Shown: positions 10,574-19,988 of the stretch, piece by piece
Layout of the letters: each line of letters opens with the position of its first letter
Position numbering within the stretch: the stretch's first letter is position 1
Origin: a virus
Reading direction: 5' to 3' (one strand)
Length of the DNA: 64,000 nucleotides
Virus genome (UHGV): UHGV-2113617
Notes under the pieces: model-generated
What the model was told of the DNA's origin: nothing
The model's input: the letters and a program-made list of their open reading frames with translations, nothing else
Databases searched by the model: none
Made by a program: the position numbers and the translations under genes

Positions 10574-10867
10574 TCAGCTGTAACGATAGCACTCGTTTGA
10601 TTTACGCTTAGCAACTCGTTGAGAAGTATTATAATCAAAATCGTCATCAATGTAAACTGATTTTTTCAACTTTCTTACTTCACTACGTAATTGACGATTT
10701 AACTCATCTTTAACTTCTGAATCAATGCCTTTCATTCTACGCCATTTATCAGAGCGAAAAATGTTTTCAACCATATCTTTATGACTTACGCCATCAGGAG
10801 CTTTACGCTTTCCGAAATAGTCATAATCACGTACTTTTAAATCTTTACGACGATACGTTTTACCCAT
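10574..10867 (-). CDS. hypothetical basic protein
   Basis: Start set at internal ATG 10867 (AAGGA upstream); 97 aa, Lys/Arg-rich. Confidence 0.45.
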   Translation of the reverse strand: MGKTYRRKDLKVRDYDYFGKRKAPDGVSHKDMVENIFRSDKWRRMKGIDSEVKDELNRQLRSEVRKLKKSVYIDDDFDYNTSQRVAKRKSNECYRYS

Positions 10868-11042
10868 GGAGTTTAATTTCCTTAGCAACTGAACTAAATA
10901 CAGCACGATCACAAATCATCTGTTTATGTAACTTGAGTATAAGATAATAAACTTCAAAACCGTTTACATAAGTAACACGAACAACATTACCATTAATAAA
11001 ATAATATTGTCCCTTTTTAATTTCTTTATCAACCACAACCAT
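10860..11042 (-). CDS. hypothetical protein
   Basis: 60 aa ORF directly downstream of an early promoter. Confidence 0.5.
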   Translation of the reverse strand: MVVVDKEIKKGQYYFINGNVVRVTYVNGFEVYYLILKLHKQMICDRAVFSSVAKEIKLHG

Positions 11043-11072
11043 ATCAAATCCTCAAAGGCAATTCATATGTTA

Positions 11073-11102
11073 ATAATACCACAGTTTGAACTTCTTGTAA
11101 AC
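11073..11102 (-). promoter_or_regulatory. T4-type early promoter (GTTTACA-17-TATTAT)
   Basis: Minus strand cacaaagttGTTTACA, 17-bp spacer, TATTAT, about 25 nt upstream of ORF 10860-11042. Confidence 0.6.
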
Positions 11103-11183
11103 AACTTTGTGAAAATTATTTTAGGGAACGATAAGAAGGGAACGATAGCTTAGAATGGTAATATACAGAATGCGAGAAAGAAA

Positions 11184-11197
11184 GGCCCAGAGGGCCC
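11184..11197 (-). terminator. stem-loop after nrdH
   Basis: GGCCC aga GGGCC hairpin immediately after the nrdH stop, followed by a U-rich stretch on the transcript. Confidence 0.4.
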
Positions 11198-11200
11198 GTC

Positions 11201-11509
11201 TTAGTCTTCTATGATATCTCTATCATATCCAAGTGAAATGAGAGTTTCTTTGAAGTGTTTAATGTTCTTTTGTCTAGAATCATTGATGAAAATGACTGGA
11301 TAACGAATGTTAAGAGATGTGAATCCAGCTCGTTTAGCAAGAGATACAATCAGTGGACGATCATACTCAATCTTACCATTATTTGTAAGAACTTTATAGA
11401 AAGTAAAAGGAGCATTGAGCTCCTTTAGAAGTTTTGTAACTGATTGACATCCAGGACAACGACCTACTTCATCTGGAATTCCATAGACTTCAATCTTGTT
11501 TTGTTTCAC
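11201..11509 (-). CDS. nrdH: glutaredoxin-like protein NrdH
   Basis: 102 aa with CPGC redox motif; adjacent to nrdG/nrdD. Confidence 0.75.
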   Translation of the reverse strand: MKQNKIEVYGIPDEVGRCPGCQSVTKLLKELNAPFTFYKVLTNNGKIEYDRPLIVSLAKRAGFTSLNIRYPVIFINDSRQKNIKHFKETLISLGYDRDIIED

Positions 11510-11511
11510 AA

Positions 11512-11748
11512 CTATTCCTTACTAAGAGCAGCATTCAGCTTGTTAGTAATTTTATCCAGACGCTCATTGAACTCGCTAGAAGATAGTCCTTTTTCTGGAG
11601 AAATTAAGCTAATCACGAAAAATATAGCAATAAAAGGAATAAGAAAAATAGCTCCAACTGCCATAAACAAAAAGAATGTTACGGTTGTAAGAAAATCAGC
11701 TAAACCTTTACGAAATTTATACATATTTACCCTTAATTGATTAACCAA
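11512..11748 (-). CDS. small membrane protein
   Basis: 78 aa with one long hydrophobic helix (FFLFMAVGAIFLIPFIAIFFVISLI). Confidence 0.5.
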   Translation of the reverse strand: MVNQLRVNMYKFRKGLADFLTTVTFFLFMAVGAIFLIPFIAIFFVISLISPEKGLSSSEFNERLDKITNKLNAALSKE

Positions 11749-11838
11749 GCATTGATAAGTACTAAACTATACTGCGAATAAAATTCTGGACCAAAATGAA
11801 AAATCATATCATTTATAGTATCAATAATATAATTCAAT

Positions 11839-12309
11839 TTAATCATGTTTCCACACCCCATCGGTATTTGACCAAAGTCGCTGATTATCTGATCCTCGCC
11901 ACAGCTTTTTGGTCGGAAGATTTTTCTCATACTTCCCATCAATAATAACATCAACATATTTAAGCATTTCTAGTTGTTTAATATCTTCAAATTTATATCC
12001 TGTCCACAACCAAATGCTTTTATTTGGATAAAGATTTTTTACCGTTTGAACAATGCAATGAACAACATCTCGGTTATCAGGATAAAGAGGGTCTCCTCCA
12101 GTTATAGTTAATCCTTCTATATAATCATTATTCAAACATTCAATTAATTGTTCTAGTGTTTCACCAGTGAATGGAACGCCATTTCTAGCATTCCATGTTG
12201 ATTTATTATAACACCCTTCACATTTATGCAAACACCCCGTAACGAAAAGAACGACCCTGCATCCAGGGCCATTCACAAAATCACAGGGATAAAATCTATC
12301 GTAATTCAT
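11839..12309 (-). CDS. nrdG: anaerobic ribonucleotide reductase activating protein NrdG (radical SAM)
   Basis: 156 aa; CxxxCxxC cluster (GCLHKCEGCYN); overlaps nrdD stop. Confidence 0.9.
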   Translation of the reverse strand: MNYDRFYPCDFVNGPGCRVVLFVTGCLHKCEGCYNKSTWNARNGVPFTGETLEQLIECLNNDYIEGLTITGGDPLYPDNRDVVHCIVQTVKNLYPNKSIWLWTGYKFEDIKQLEMLKYVDVIIDGKYEKNLPTKKLWRGSDNQRLWSNTDGVWKHD

Positions 12310-14123
12310 TGGTGTTTAACCCTATGCATGATTTCTTTATTTTTGCCAAGATTAAATCCGCGTTCGTTCGGATTTCCCAAATAACCACAAGTTCTTCTTA
12401 TTGTGTTCATCTTTTTAGGATCAGTTTCTCCACAAATAGAACAAACAAATCCGTTTTCAGTAGGAGTCATTTCATGGGTACTTCCACATGTAAAACATTT
12501 ATCTACTGGCATATTAACACCAAAATAATCTAAATGTTGTGCAGCATAATCCCATACAGCCTCAAGACCTTTTAGGTTATTTTTCATATCAGGAAGTTCA
12601 ACATAAGAAATGTGACCACCTGTCGCAATGAAATGATATGGGGCTTCGCGAGAAATCTTTTCAAACGGAGTAATATTTTCTTCTACTGAAACGTGGAAAC
12701 TGTTAGTGTACCAGCCTTTATCGGTAACATCTTTTACACTTCCATATTTTTCGGTATCAAGTTTACAGAAGCGATAGCACAGGTTTTCTGCAGGAGTAGA
12801 ATACAAACTAAAAGCAAATCCGGTTCTTTCAGTCCATTGTTTAAGATGAGTATTCATTTTAGTTAAAATTTCTTGTCCAATATCACGACCGACAAGAATA
12901 TTCAATTCGTGAATACCAATGTATCCTAGAGACACTGAACTTCTACCGTTTTTAAATAACTCAATTATATCGTCATCAGGTTTAAGACGAACCCCGAATG
13001 CACCTTCTTGGTAAAGAATAGGAGCAACAGTAGCTTTAACTCCTTTTAAGGAACTAATTCTACACATCAATGCTTCAAAACATAAATCCATTCGTTCGTT
13101 GAACAATTCGGCAAATTTCTGTTCATTGAACTGTGTTCCAATATAAGAATCTAACGCAATACGAGGAAGATTCAGTGTTACAACACCAAGATTATTACGT
13201 CCATCAAGAATTTCATTACCAGTCGAATCTTTCCATACGCCCAAGAAACTACGACAACCCATTGGAGAAACAGGAATAGATGAACCAGTGATAGCTTTAT
13301 TGTTCTTAGCCGAAATGATGTCAGGATACATTCTTTTACTTGCACACTCTAGAGCAAGCTGTTTAATATCATAGTTCGGATCGTCTTTATAAAGATTAAC
13401 ACCTTCTTCAACGAACATAACAAGTTTAGGGAAAATAGGAGTTATCCCATCACGACCGAGACCTTTAATACGATTTTTCAGAATTGCTTTCTGAATCATT
13501 CGTTCAGTCCAGTCAGTTCCCGTACCAAATGTAATTGTTACAAAAGGCGTCTGTCCGTTTGAACTAAAGAGAGTATTTACTTCATATTCATAAGCTTGGA
13601 ACGCATCGTATACGTCTTTTTCTGTTTTAGATTGGGCATAATTCAATGCATCTGCGATTTGCCATTTTTCCGCGTCCTCAATATGTTTCGCATAGGTGCG
13701 TTTAACATAAGGAGAAAGTACTTTATCTACATTCGCAAAAGTCGTTCCGCCATATTGATGAGAAGCAACCTGTGCAGTAATTTGTGCCATAATTGCAGTA
13801 GCAACGCCGATTGATTTAGGGGTTTCAATCTGTGCATTACCGAGCTTAAATCCGTTCTCAAGCATTCCTTTTAAATCTACTAAACAACAATTAGTAAATG
13901 GAAGAGCAGGGGAATAATCAATATCGTGGAAATGGATAATTCCGCTTTCATGTGCTTTCATAATAAAAGACGGGACCATATTTTTGGCAATGTGTTTAGA
14001 CACAATACCAGCCATAAGGTCCCGTTGAGTTGGAAAAACACGAGAATCTTTATTAGCATTCTCGTTTAAAAGGTCTTTATTAGTTTTATGAATTAATCCT
14101 TCAATTTCTTTTTCAATTGTCAT
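12306..14123 (-). CDS. nrdD: anaerobic ribonucleoside-triphosphate reductase NrdD
   Basis: 605 aa single ORF; C-terminal Zn ribbon (CFTCGS...CSICG) and glycyl-radical motif RRTCGYLG. Confidence 0.9.
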   Translation of the reverse strand: MTIEKEIEGLIHKTNKDLLNENANKDSRVFPTQRDLMAGIVSKHIAKNMVPSFIMKAHESGIIHFHDIDYSPALPFTNCCLVDLKGMLENGFKLGNAQIETPKSIGVATAIMAQITAQVASHQYGGTTFANVDKVLSPYVKRTYAKHIEDAEKWQIADALNYAQSKTEKDVYDAFQAYEYEVNTLFSSNGQTPFVTITFGTGTDWTERMIQKAILKNRIKGLGRDGITPIFPKLVMFVEEGVNLYKDDPNYDIKQLALECASKRMYPDIISAKNNKAITGSSIPVSPMGCRSFLGVWKDSTGNEILDGRNNLGVVTLNLPRIALDSYIGTQFNEQKFAELFNERMDLCFEALMCRISSLKGVKATVAPILYQEGAFGVRLKPDDDIIELFKNGRSSVSLGYIGIHELNILVGRDIGQEILTKMNTHLKQWTERTGFAFSLYSTPAENLCYRFCKLDTEKYGSVKDVTDKGWYTNSFHVSVEENITPFEKISREAPYHFIATGGHISYVELPDMKNNLKGLEAVWDYAAQHLDYFGVNMPVDKCFTCGSTHEMTPTENGFVCSICGETDPKKMNTIRRTCGYLGNPNERGFNLGKNKEIMHRVKHQ

Positions 14124-14593
14124 TTTAAACTCTTTCTAAGCTGCTTCTTAAATGAAGCTATTAATTGTGTTTTAGTGTCAGATTCATTATATTCAAATCC
14201 TCTTTGAAGCATCTCAGCCATCATTTCCTCTTTTCCTAAACGAGAAAATTCCTTTGATTTATCTCCAACAAAGTTAGGGTGAATATTATTTTGGGTGTAA
14301 TCGGATTTTAAATAAGTAAGTAAATTTTCTAACCATTCAAGATAATCAACACCTTGTCCCTTTAAGCCAGAACGATTGAATTTATGCTTCATTTGACCTT
14401 CTGCAGCATTACAGAGATTACATAGCAACCCACGTACCTTTCCTGCTTTTGGTCCATTTAATTCATGGTCATGGTCAAGGTGATTAGCTTGAACATCAGG
14501 ATTTAGTTCTCGTTGGCAAATTAAGCATTTACCGTTTTGTGCATTATAAAATTTTTGTTTTTCTTCTTTGTATAATTTGCCAGTCAATAACAT
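14120..14593 (-). CDS. 49: endonuclease VII (Holliday junction resolvase) gp49
   Basis: 157 aa; MLLTGKLYKEEKQKFYNAQNGKCLICQREL..HLDHDHELNG Zn-binding HNH-like fold; T4 gp49 length. Confidence 0.85.
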   Translation of the reverse strand: MLLTGKLYKEEKQKFYNAQNGKCLICQRELNPDVQANHLDHDHELNGPKAGKVRGLLCNLCNAAEGQMKHKFNRSGLKGQGVDYLEWLENLLTYLKSDYTQNNIHPNFVGDKSKEFSRLGKEEMMAEMLQRGFEYNESDTKTQLIASFKKQLRKSLK

Positions 14594-14599
14594 AATAAA

Positions 14600-14624
14600 A
14601 CCCTTACCTTGAATAGATAAGGGT
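14600..14624 (-). promoter_or_regulatory. 5' UTR hairpin sequestering the gene 49 Shine-Dalgarno
   Basis: ACCCUUA..UAAGGGU 7-bp stem with AAGGG SD in the 3' arm, 7 nt before the AUG; late-promoter-like AATAAATA at its 5' edge. Confidence 0.45.
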
Positions 14625-14635
14625 ATTTATTATTT

Positions 14636-14812
14636 TCAAGTATTGTAAAACATTCGATGCAATCGCTTATATTGTCGAATCATCTTTTTAGTAGGACGAG
14701 AATAAGTTCCTACACAAGTGGTCATATTAGGATCAGTAGGACTTCCTTTAATAAAAAGTTTCCAGACTTTACCACCATTTAGCTTTTCAGTATAAACCAA
14801 TTCAGTTTTCAT
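14636..14812 (-). CDS. hypothetical small protein (58 aa)
   Basis: ORF MKTELVYTEKLNGGKVWKLF...; its ATG overlaps the stop of ORF 14812-15276. Below track cutoff. Confidence 0.35.
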   Translation of the reverse strand: MKTELVYTEKLNGGKVWKLFIKGSPTDPNMTTCVGTYSRPTKKMIRQYKRLHRMFYNT

Positions 14813-15276
14813 TAAAATGCTCGGTCAGAAAAAGAAATTTGAGTTTCAAGCCATTCAATATATTCTGCCGCAGCTTGCATCAAATTTCCTTCATAACCAT
14901 CGTTGTTTTCTTGCGCAGCTAATTTAGCTAATGCATATGAAATGCGTTCACCTTGAAAAGCGGCTTTAGGTTTATGAATAGCTTGATCAACTCGTTCTAC
15001 GACTTCTTCAATTTCGCCATTTTCTACTGATTCAGTATTCCACAAGCACCAATACGTAATTGGCTTATCGTAAATGTTAATAATCTTTCCATCAGAAAGT
15101 TCAATTTCAATAATTCCAGTATCAGGTTCTATATCATCTTCACATTCTTTTACAAGTTCACGAACTTTAAAGACAATACCTGCACTAAGTTCAGGCCAGT
15201 AATTACACAGCCCTTTATCAGCACGATTAATTCTAAACCACTTATCTACTGTAATCATGTCCCATCTCCATATCAA
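14812..15276 (-). CDS. hypothetical acidic protein (T4 pin region)
   Basis: 154 aa ORF between 49 and nrdC; identity not verifiable by eye. Confidence 0.55.
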   Translation of the reverse strand: MIWRWDMITVDKWFRINRADKGLCNYWPELSAGIVFKVRELVKECEDDIEPDTGIIEIELSDGKIINIYDKPITYWCLWNTESVENGEIEEVVERVDQAIHKPKAAFQGERISYALAKLAAQENNDGYEGNLMQAAAEYIEWLETQISFSDRAF

Positions 15277-15381
15277 TTATGTCATTTATTGTAGGTTCAT
15301 TATATACTGTTTCTTCATCAGTGTAAACCGGTTCTTCCGGCTCTGGCTCTACTGTTTCCCATCTAGCCGCCCACCAGGGTT

Positions 15382-15702
15382 TTATAGCGTAATCCATTCT
15401 CGTATTGTCTGAGTTACTACACGTTCACGGGGCTCGACTAGTTCAACAGTCGGAACTGCATAATACCAGTCAGAATGATAAGAACCTGAACGGCATTCAT
15501 TTACGGAAACATGTACATTATGTTTTGGACTAAAATAAACACACTGACGATATTGACATTTACCGTCTTGCACCCAGTCTTCTATTTCGACAGGTTTAAG
15601 ATAATCGGAAAAATCGAAATCATAGTTTTCTGAAAATGCATCATGGTCTTCAATGATTTCACTCAGAACTGCATCAACATCTAATTTATTTTCAATAGTC
15701 AT
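15382..15702 (-). CDS. hypothetical protein
   Basis: 106 aa acidic ORF. Confidence 0.55.
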   Translation of the reverse strand: MTIENKLDVDAVLSEIIEDHDAFSENYDFDFSDYLKPVEIEDWVQDGKCQYRQCVYFSPKHNVHVSVNECRSGSYHSDWYYAVPTVELVEPRERVVTQTIREWITL

Positions 15703-15712
15703 TTGTCACCAC

Positions 15713-15883
15713 TTAATTTCGCAATTTATTAAGTTCTTCATAATCAATCCAGGATTCTAATCCTGATGGCAAATCAGATTCAATTTCCCAAAGAAGCTCT
15801 TCAATTTTCTGAAGACGATCTAATTCTTCAGCTGGAATAGTAACCATTGACGGAGTTCTTGATACACTAATATCGTAAATCAT
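15713..15883 (-). CDS. hypothetical small protein
   Basis: Start set at internal ATG 15883, adjacent to the upstream stop; 56 aa. Confidence 0.4.
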   Translation of the reverse strand: MIYDISVSRTPSMVTIPAEELDRLQKIEELLWEIESDLPSGLESWIDYEELNKLRN

Positions 15884-15885
15884 AT

Positions 15886-16101
15886 TTACCCCAGTTTGAC
15901 CATACAATCGCCATATTTCCATTTAGAAATAGACTTTTCACCGTTAGAATAATAAACTTCGAGTTTAGCACGATTATTTTTAATTTGAATAACCTTTGCT
16001 GTCATCAAAGTTCCATATCCATAATAAACTGCAACCTCATCACCTACATATACCGCGCTTCCGCGGTAGTCATGGATATAATCAGTTCCTTCAAGCATCA
16101 T
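15886..16101 (-). CDS. hypothetical protein
   Basis: 71 aa ORF; overlaps nrdC stop. Confidence 0.5.
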   Translation of the reverse strand: MMLEGTDYIHDYRGSAVYVGDEVAVYYGYGTLMTAKVIQIKNNRAKLEVYYSNGEKSISKWKYGDCMVKLG

Positions 16102-16361
16102 TTAAAGTATTCCCGCAATTGGTCAAATCCACCAATATGACTTCCGTCAGGAGCAAATACCTGAGGCATCGTCAATCCGATTTGAGTATCACGACCCAGT
16201 TTAGTCAGAAGCTCAGCGATTTTCTCATCATCAAAAACACCTTTTTCCGGCATAATGTTGATAAATTCAAACGGCTGTTTCTTCACAGTCAAAAGACGTT
16301 TTGCATTATCGCAATACACACATTTGTGGATGTTGCTATCATAACCATATACTTTAAACAT
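16098..16361 (-). CDS. nrdC: thioredoxin/glutaredoxin NrdC
   Basis: 87 aa; MFKVYGYDSNIHKCVYCDNAKRLL with CVYC active site, as T4 NrdC. Confidence 0.9.
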   Translation of the reverse strand: MFKVYGYDSNIHKCVYCDNAKRLLTVKKQPFEFINIMPEKGVFDDEKIAELLTKLGRDTQIGLTMPQVFAPDGSHIGGFDQLREYFK

Positions 16362-16362
16362 A

Positions 16363-16584
16363 TTATTCCTTAATTCCTAGTACTTGTTTAAAAGTCTCGT
16401 CGTAATCAAGACTTTGGCCCGTTTGTTCTTTATGTTTGTATATAATATCACTTACTTCTGATAGCATATTTTTATATGAACGAGTTAAAGCAGATTTAAG
16501 CACGCTGTATCTATCAGGAAATTTACCATGTTCATTATAATAAGCTATTGCTAATTCACGGACTGCCTTTTCAGCAGTCTCCAT
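16363..16584 (-). CDS. hypothetical protein
   Basis: 73 aa ORF. Confidence 0.5.
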
Positions 16585-16593
16585 ATATATTCT

Positions 16594-16911
16594 TTACGCT
16601 TGGTCATTTTCTTCTCGGTTAAATCGGTGTTTGCAATGACGACATTTATATTCAAGCTCTGGTTTACGCCAGTTAATCAATTGGACCTGTTCAGTACCAC
16701 ATTTTGGGCAGTTCGGAACATTCTTAGAAGCCCTTTCGCGGCGTTCAACCATAACCATAATGGCATCCCAAGCAGGAGGTTTAAAGTCTAGATCGTCACA
16801 GCCATGAATCTTTCCACGCATTTCCAGATCGTCTTCTTCACCAGCCATAATGATTTTAATTAGACTGGAATTACTTGAAGCTGCAATATCTTCTAATAGA
16901 CGCTTTTTCAT
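16594..16911 (-). CDS. zinc-ribbon protein
   Basis: 105 aa; CPKCG...CRHCKH four-Cys ribbon at C-terminus. Confidence 0.55.
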   Translation of the reverse strand: MKKRLLEDIAASSNSSLIKIIMAGEEDDLEMRGKIHGCDDLDFKPPAWDAIMVMVERRERASKNVPNCPKCGTEQVQLINWRKPELEYKCRHCKHRFNREENDQA

Positions 16912-17837
16912 TTCAATACCTCAATAGCATTACGTAAACCATTTGCTTTTGCATTAAGAGCTTTTAACAATTTGGTATGTTCGGCAATCTGGACTTCAAC
17001 TTCAATCAAACGAGCATTGAGATATTCACGTTCTTCGCTCAAGTTATCAATCTTTTCTACTTTAGGTTCTTTTACAACTGGCTTATATGTATTAGGGTTC
17101 TTCAGTTTAATTAGAATGCGTGAACTGTATAACATTGAACCATTATCTTCGGTTTCGTCATACATTTCCACTACGTCCATCATCTCCACCATCGTGCAGA
17201 GTTTATAAGACAACGAACGAATAGTTTTGTTGTGCTTATTAATTTCTCTAGCTGTCATGGTGCCGAGATTACGTGAGTAATAATAAGGAACCTGGATATT
17301 AATTAATACTGATGAACCACCTGGCTTGTGTGTTACTTCATCAGCAATAACCCAGTCCTTAACATGAACTGTATTTGTACGGTCATCGCCGGCGGTAAAT
17401 AGTTTACGAGCATGCTTAAAAAGCATATTCACTTGGTCATTGAATTGACAAGTGAATTTATCAGCAAATTTAGTTTCAGGAATGGTAGATAACCAATCAG
17501 CCAAATGGGTCTTTTTAACATCGTTAACAATAGTAAATTCAACCAAATCGGTTATAGATGTCGCAGATTTAATGAAGCTCGGCTTCATAAAGTTTTTAAT
17601 GTTATCACTAGCTACAGTAGAAGATAACAGACGAGAACGTTTAAACCATTGAAGCAAATTGCCTAACGAATGAGAATAAGCGTTTTGAGTATCTTTACAG
17701 ATATGATTTTCCTGGCCAACATATTGAAAGAAATCACGAAGAATATTATTGATTACTGCTCTGTGCCCAATCTGATAATTACGGTGTTTAGTAATAAGAC
17801 TATCAAAATAATCAATATAATGTTTACGAGTTTTCAT
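16908..17837 (-). CDS. hypothetical protein, paralog family member D (C-terminal coiled coil)
   Basis: 309 aa; starts MKTR like paralog B; motif NMLFKHARKLFTAG; C-terminal ~50 aa heptad-like. Confidence 0.6.
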   Translation of the reverse strand: MKTRKHYIDYFDSLITKHRNYQIGHRAVINNILRDFFQYVGQENHICKDTQNAYSHSLGNLLQWFKRSRLLSSTVASDNIKNFMKPSFIKSATSITDLVEFTIVNDVKKTHLADWLSTIPETKFADKFTCQFNDQVNMLFKHARKLFTAGDDRTNTVHVKDWVIADEVTHKPGGSSVLINIQVPYYYSRNLGTMTAREINKHNKTIRSLSYKLCTMVEMMDVVEMYDETEDNGSMLYSSRILIKLKNPNTYKPVVKEPKVEKIDNLSEEREYLNARLIEVEVQIAEHTKLLKALNAKANGLRNAIEVLK

Positions 17838-17889
17838 GTTCTTCTCACTTGGTTAATGATTTATACTCCGAGCCATCCTTGGCTTTAAA

Positions 17890-18891
17890 TTACTTAATTA
17901 ACTGTAAAGCTTGTTCAAGACGATCCAGGCGATTAACAGATTCTTCCCAAATCCTTTTAGCCTGTTCATATTCTTTCTGCGCTTTATTAGAAATTTCTAG
18001 AGCTTCTTTATAAGCTTTTTCTAATGCAATAACTTCTGGACGAATTTCTACCGATTCAGGTGAATCATCAAGATTATCCATTAGTTCCTCAAGGGTAGTT
18101 TCTTCTTTAGGAGTATTCACAATTTCTTCGCATTTTTGTTGGTAAATTTCTTTATCAGTTAGTGAATAAGCACACTTTACTTCACGAAGACTAACTACAA
18201 TTTTGTATCCTTCCCAACCGCACACATTCTTAAAAGGATAAGTATGAATATTTTCTACTGTTTCCATACAAAGTAGTGCAGTCTCTAATTGACGAGTTAT
18301 ATCACTAGCAATTGAGAAAAATTTATTAATGTTCTTTTGATTAGCTTCTGGTGTAAAAAATTCATAATTCACAAAAATAGCTGCTTTATTTTTATCAAGC
18401 TCATATTCTTTTATGATAATCATATCAGAAGCCCAAGGATGAATTTGACGATAATCGCCATAGCATAATTTAGAAGCTGATTTTAGAATTTGCTTTTTGA
18501 AAAGTCTGAAATTACTAATCCAACGACGAGTAAAAATATTCTCAGGGTCTTCTTTATTATTAAGATGATAAGAATTAACATCACCGAACCAATTATATCC
18601 TACTACATCTTTAGTTCGTTTAATTTCTTTCCCAAATTTACCAAGAATATCCTGATTAACTAAATATGAAAGAAGACGAGAACCTTTAAAGGTTTCCTTA
18701 ATATCATCTTTATCTTCGCGACTAGAAATTTTATGAACTTCATGAATAAATTTGCTGGAAGAAACAATGCTTACATCAATATTATTTAGCCATTGATTGA
18801 TAATGGAAATAACGCTATTCTGACTAGACATAAGTTTAACTTTATCATCAATAACACTATTGAATGATTTGATATATTCGTTACGAGTCAT
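17890..18891 (-). CDS. hypothetical protein, paralog family member A
   Basis: Start at ATG 18891 (GAGGAG SD) downstream of promoter 18920-18949; 333 aa; motif RRWISNFRLFKKQILKSASKL; C-terminal coiled coil. Confidence 0.6.
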   Translation of the reverse strand: MTRNEYIKSFNSVIDDKVKLMSSQNSVISIINQWLNNIDVSIVSSSKFIHEVHKISSREDKDDIKETFKGSRLLSYLVNQDILGKFGKEIKRTKDVVGYNWFGDVNSYHLNNKEDPENIFTRRWISNFRLFKKQILKSASKLCYGDYRQIHPWASDMIIIKEYELDKNKAAIFVNYEFFTPEANQKNINKFFSIASDITRQLETALLCMETVENIHTYPFKNVCGWEGYKIVVSLREVKCAYSLTDKEIYQQKCEEIVNTPKEETTLEELMDNLDDSPESVEIRPEVIALEKAYKEALEISNKAQKEYEQAKRIWEESVNRLDRLEQALQLIK

Positions 18892-18919
18892 ATTAATCTC
18901 CTCAGTAAAAAGTAAGAAC

Positions 18920-18949
18920 ATTATACCACATCCTTGTGGTAAAGTAAAC
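18920..18949 (-). promoter_or_regulatory. T4-type early promoter (GTTTACT-17-TATAAT)
   Basis: Minus strand GTTTACT ttaccacaaggatgtgg TATAAT; inverted repeat ACCACA/TGTGGT in the spacer. Confidence 0.6.
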
Positions 18950-19980
18950 TAGTTCAGTGCATTTAGTGCATTGTTCAGTTTAGAACGTTGCTTCGTGAGA
19001 TTTTTGACTTTTTCTTGAGCTTTTTCTAGCGTCTTTTCAGCTTCTAGCACTTCATTAGTTGCTTTAACGAGTTCATCATCTACTGCCTTGATAGACTTCT
19101 CAATCGCATCTGCATGCCATTTTTCAACAGGTTTAAGACTCGGATTTTCAATAGGAAGAAAATTCACTTTATTGAATTTCCATGCATCCTTATTACCTGA
19201 ACTATACATCCAAAATTTAGGATCGTTTGATGAGTAATTGGATAAATTTAAATTTAAGTTATCTTGCACTTCCTGCTTTTTCTCTTGTGTGACTTCGTCC
19301 TTTCTCAAAAAATCGTATTTAAATGAAACGATCATATCAAGTTCATATGTTGTTGTATGTTCCCAATTTCGCTCAAAATGAGGTAAAATCTTAGACTGAA
19401 CAGCGGCAACAACATCCATATACTTAAATGCTTCTGTCAACTGCGATTTAAGGCATTCACAAATTGAAAGAGAATTTTTTGTATTAGGTTTAAAGCTAAT
19501 TCGTGCAGTTCTATTATTTTCTTTTAATGGTCTTACTTCCATCTGAAGAGTATAACCATCAAATTTCAGATTCTTTAAGTTAATATCAGAACCTTTTAAT
19601 CGACTCGCAGTTGATAAAATTTGCTTTAATTGTCTACGGAACAGAGCAATAAATCTCCATTCAATACGATAATGATTTGGATTGAAAAATCCAGATGATA
19701 AATCGACCTTACTTTGACCAACGCCTTGAACAAATAGAGGATTTTTATAATCAATAGTTTTACAGAAATCGGTGAGCTGCTCACGAGCCGTCATTTGTGT
19801 AATATACCCTGCTTTACTAAAATTACGCACCCATTCACTACTGCTATTCTTATACTTAAAGTGATGAATAGCATGATTAACTTTATCAGGGTCTAAATTA
19901 TTTTCACACAAAAATGTCATAACATCACGAGTATAGCTGGCTCTACGAACTATATCTTCAATTTGAGAACGAGTTTTCAT
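18949..19980 (-). CDS. hypothetical protein, paralog family member B
   Basis: 343 aa; motif FRRQLKQILSTASRL; C-terminal coiled coil. Confidence 0.6.
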   Translation of the reverse strand: MKTRSQIEDIVRRASYTRDVMTFLCENNLDPDKVNHAIHHFKYKNSSSEWVRNFSKAGYITQMTAREQLTDFCKTIDYKNPLFVQGVGQSKVDLSSGFFNPNHYRIEWRFIALFRRQLKQILSTASRLKGSDINLKNLKFDGYTLQMEVRPLKENNRTARISFKPNTKNSLSICECLKSQLTEAFKYMDVVAAVQSKILPHFERNWEHTTTYELDMIVSFKYDFLRKDEVTQEKKQEVQDNLNLNLSNYSSNDPKFWMYSSGNKDAWKFNKVNFLPIENPSLKPVEKWHADAIEKSIKAVDDELVKATNEVLEAEKTLEKAQEKVKNLTKQRSKLNNALNALN

Positions 19981-19988
19981 GGTATTCC

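Noticed and set aside
1641-17888. Plus-strand ORFs of 60-140 aa inside the minus-strand early block (e.g. 1641-1862, 1896-2312, 3887-4108, 5141-5365, 5989-6213, 7952-8134, 8912-9109, 11444-11740, 12309-12533, 13596-13814, 15996-16373, 16600-16791, 16972-17208, 17452-17888)
   Set aside because: They lie antisense within well-supported minus-strand genes, are low-complexity (Phe/Ile/Lys-rich from AT-rich antisense) and lack ribosome-binding sites or promoters.
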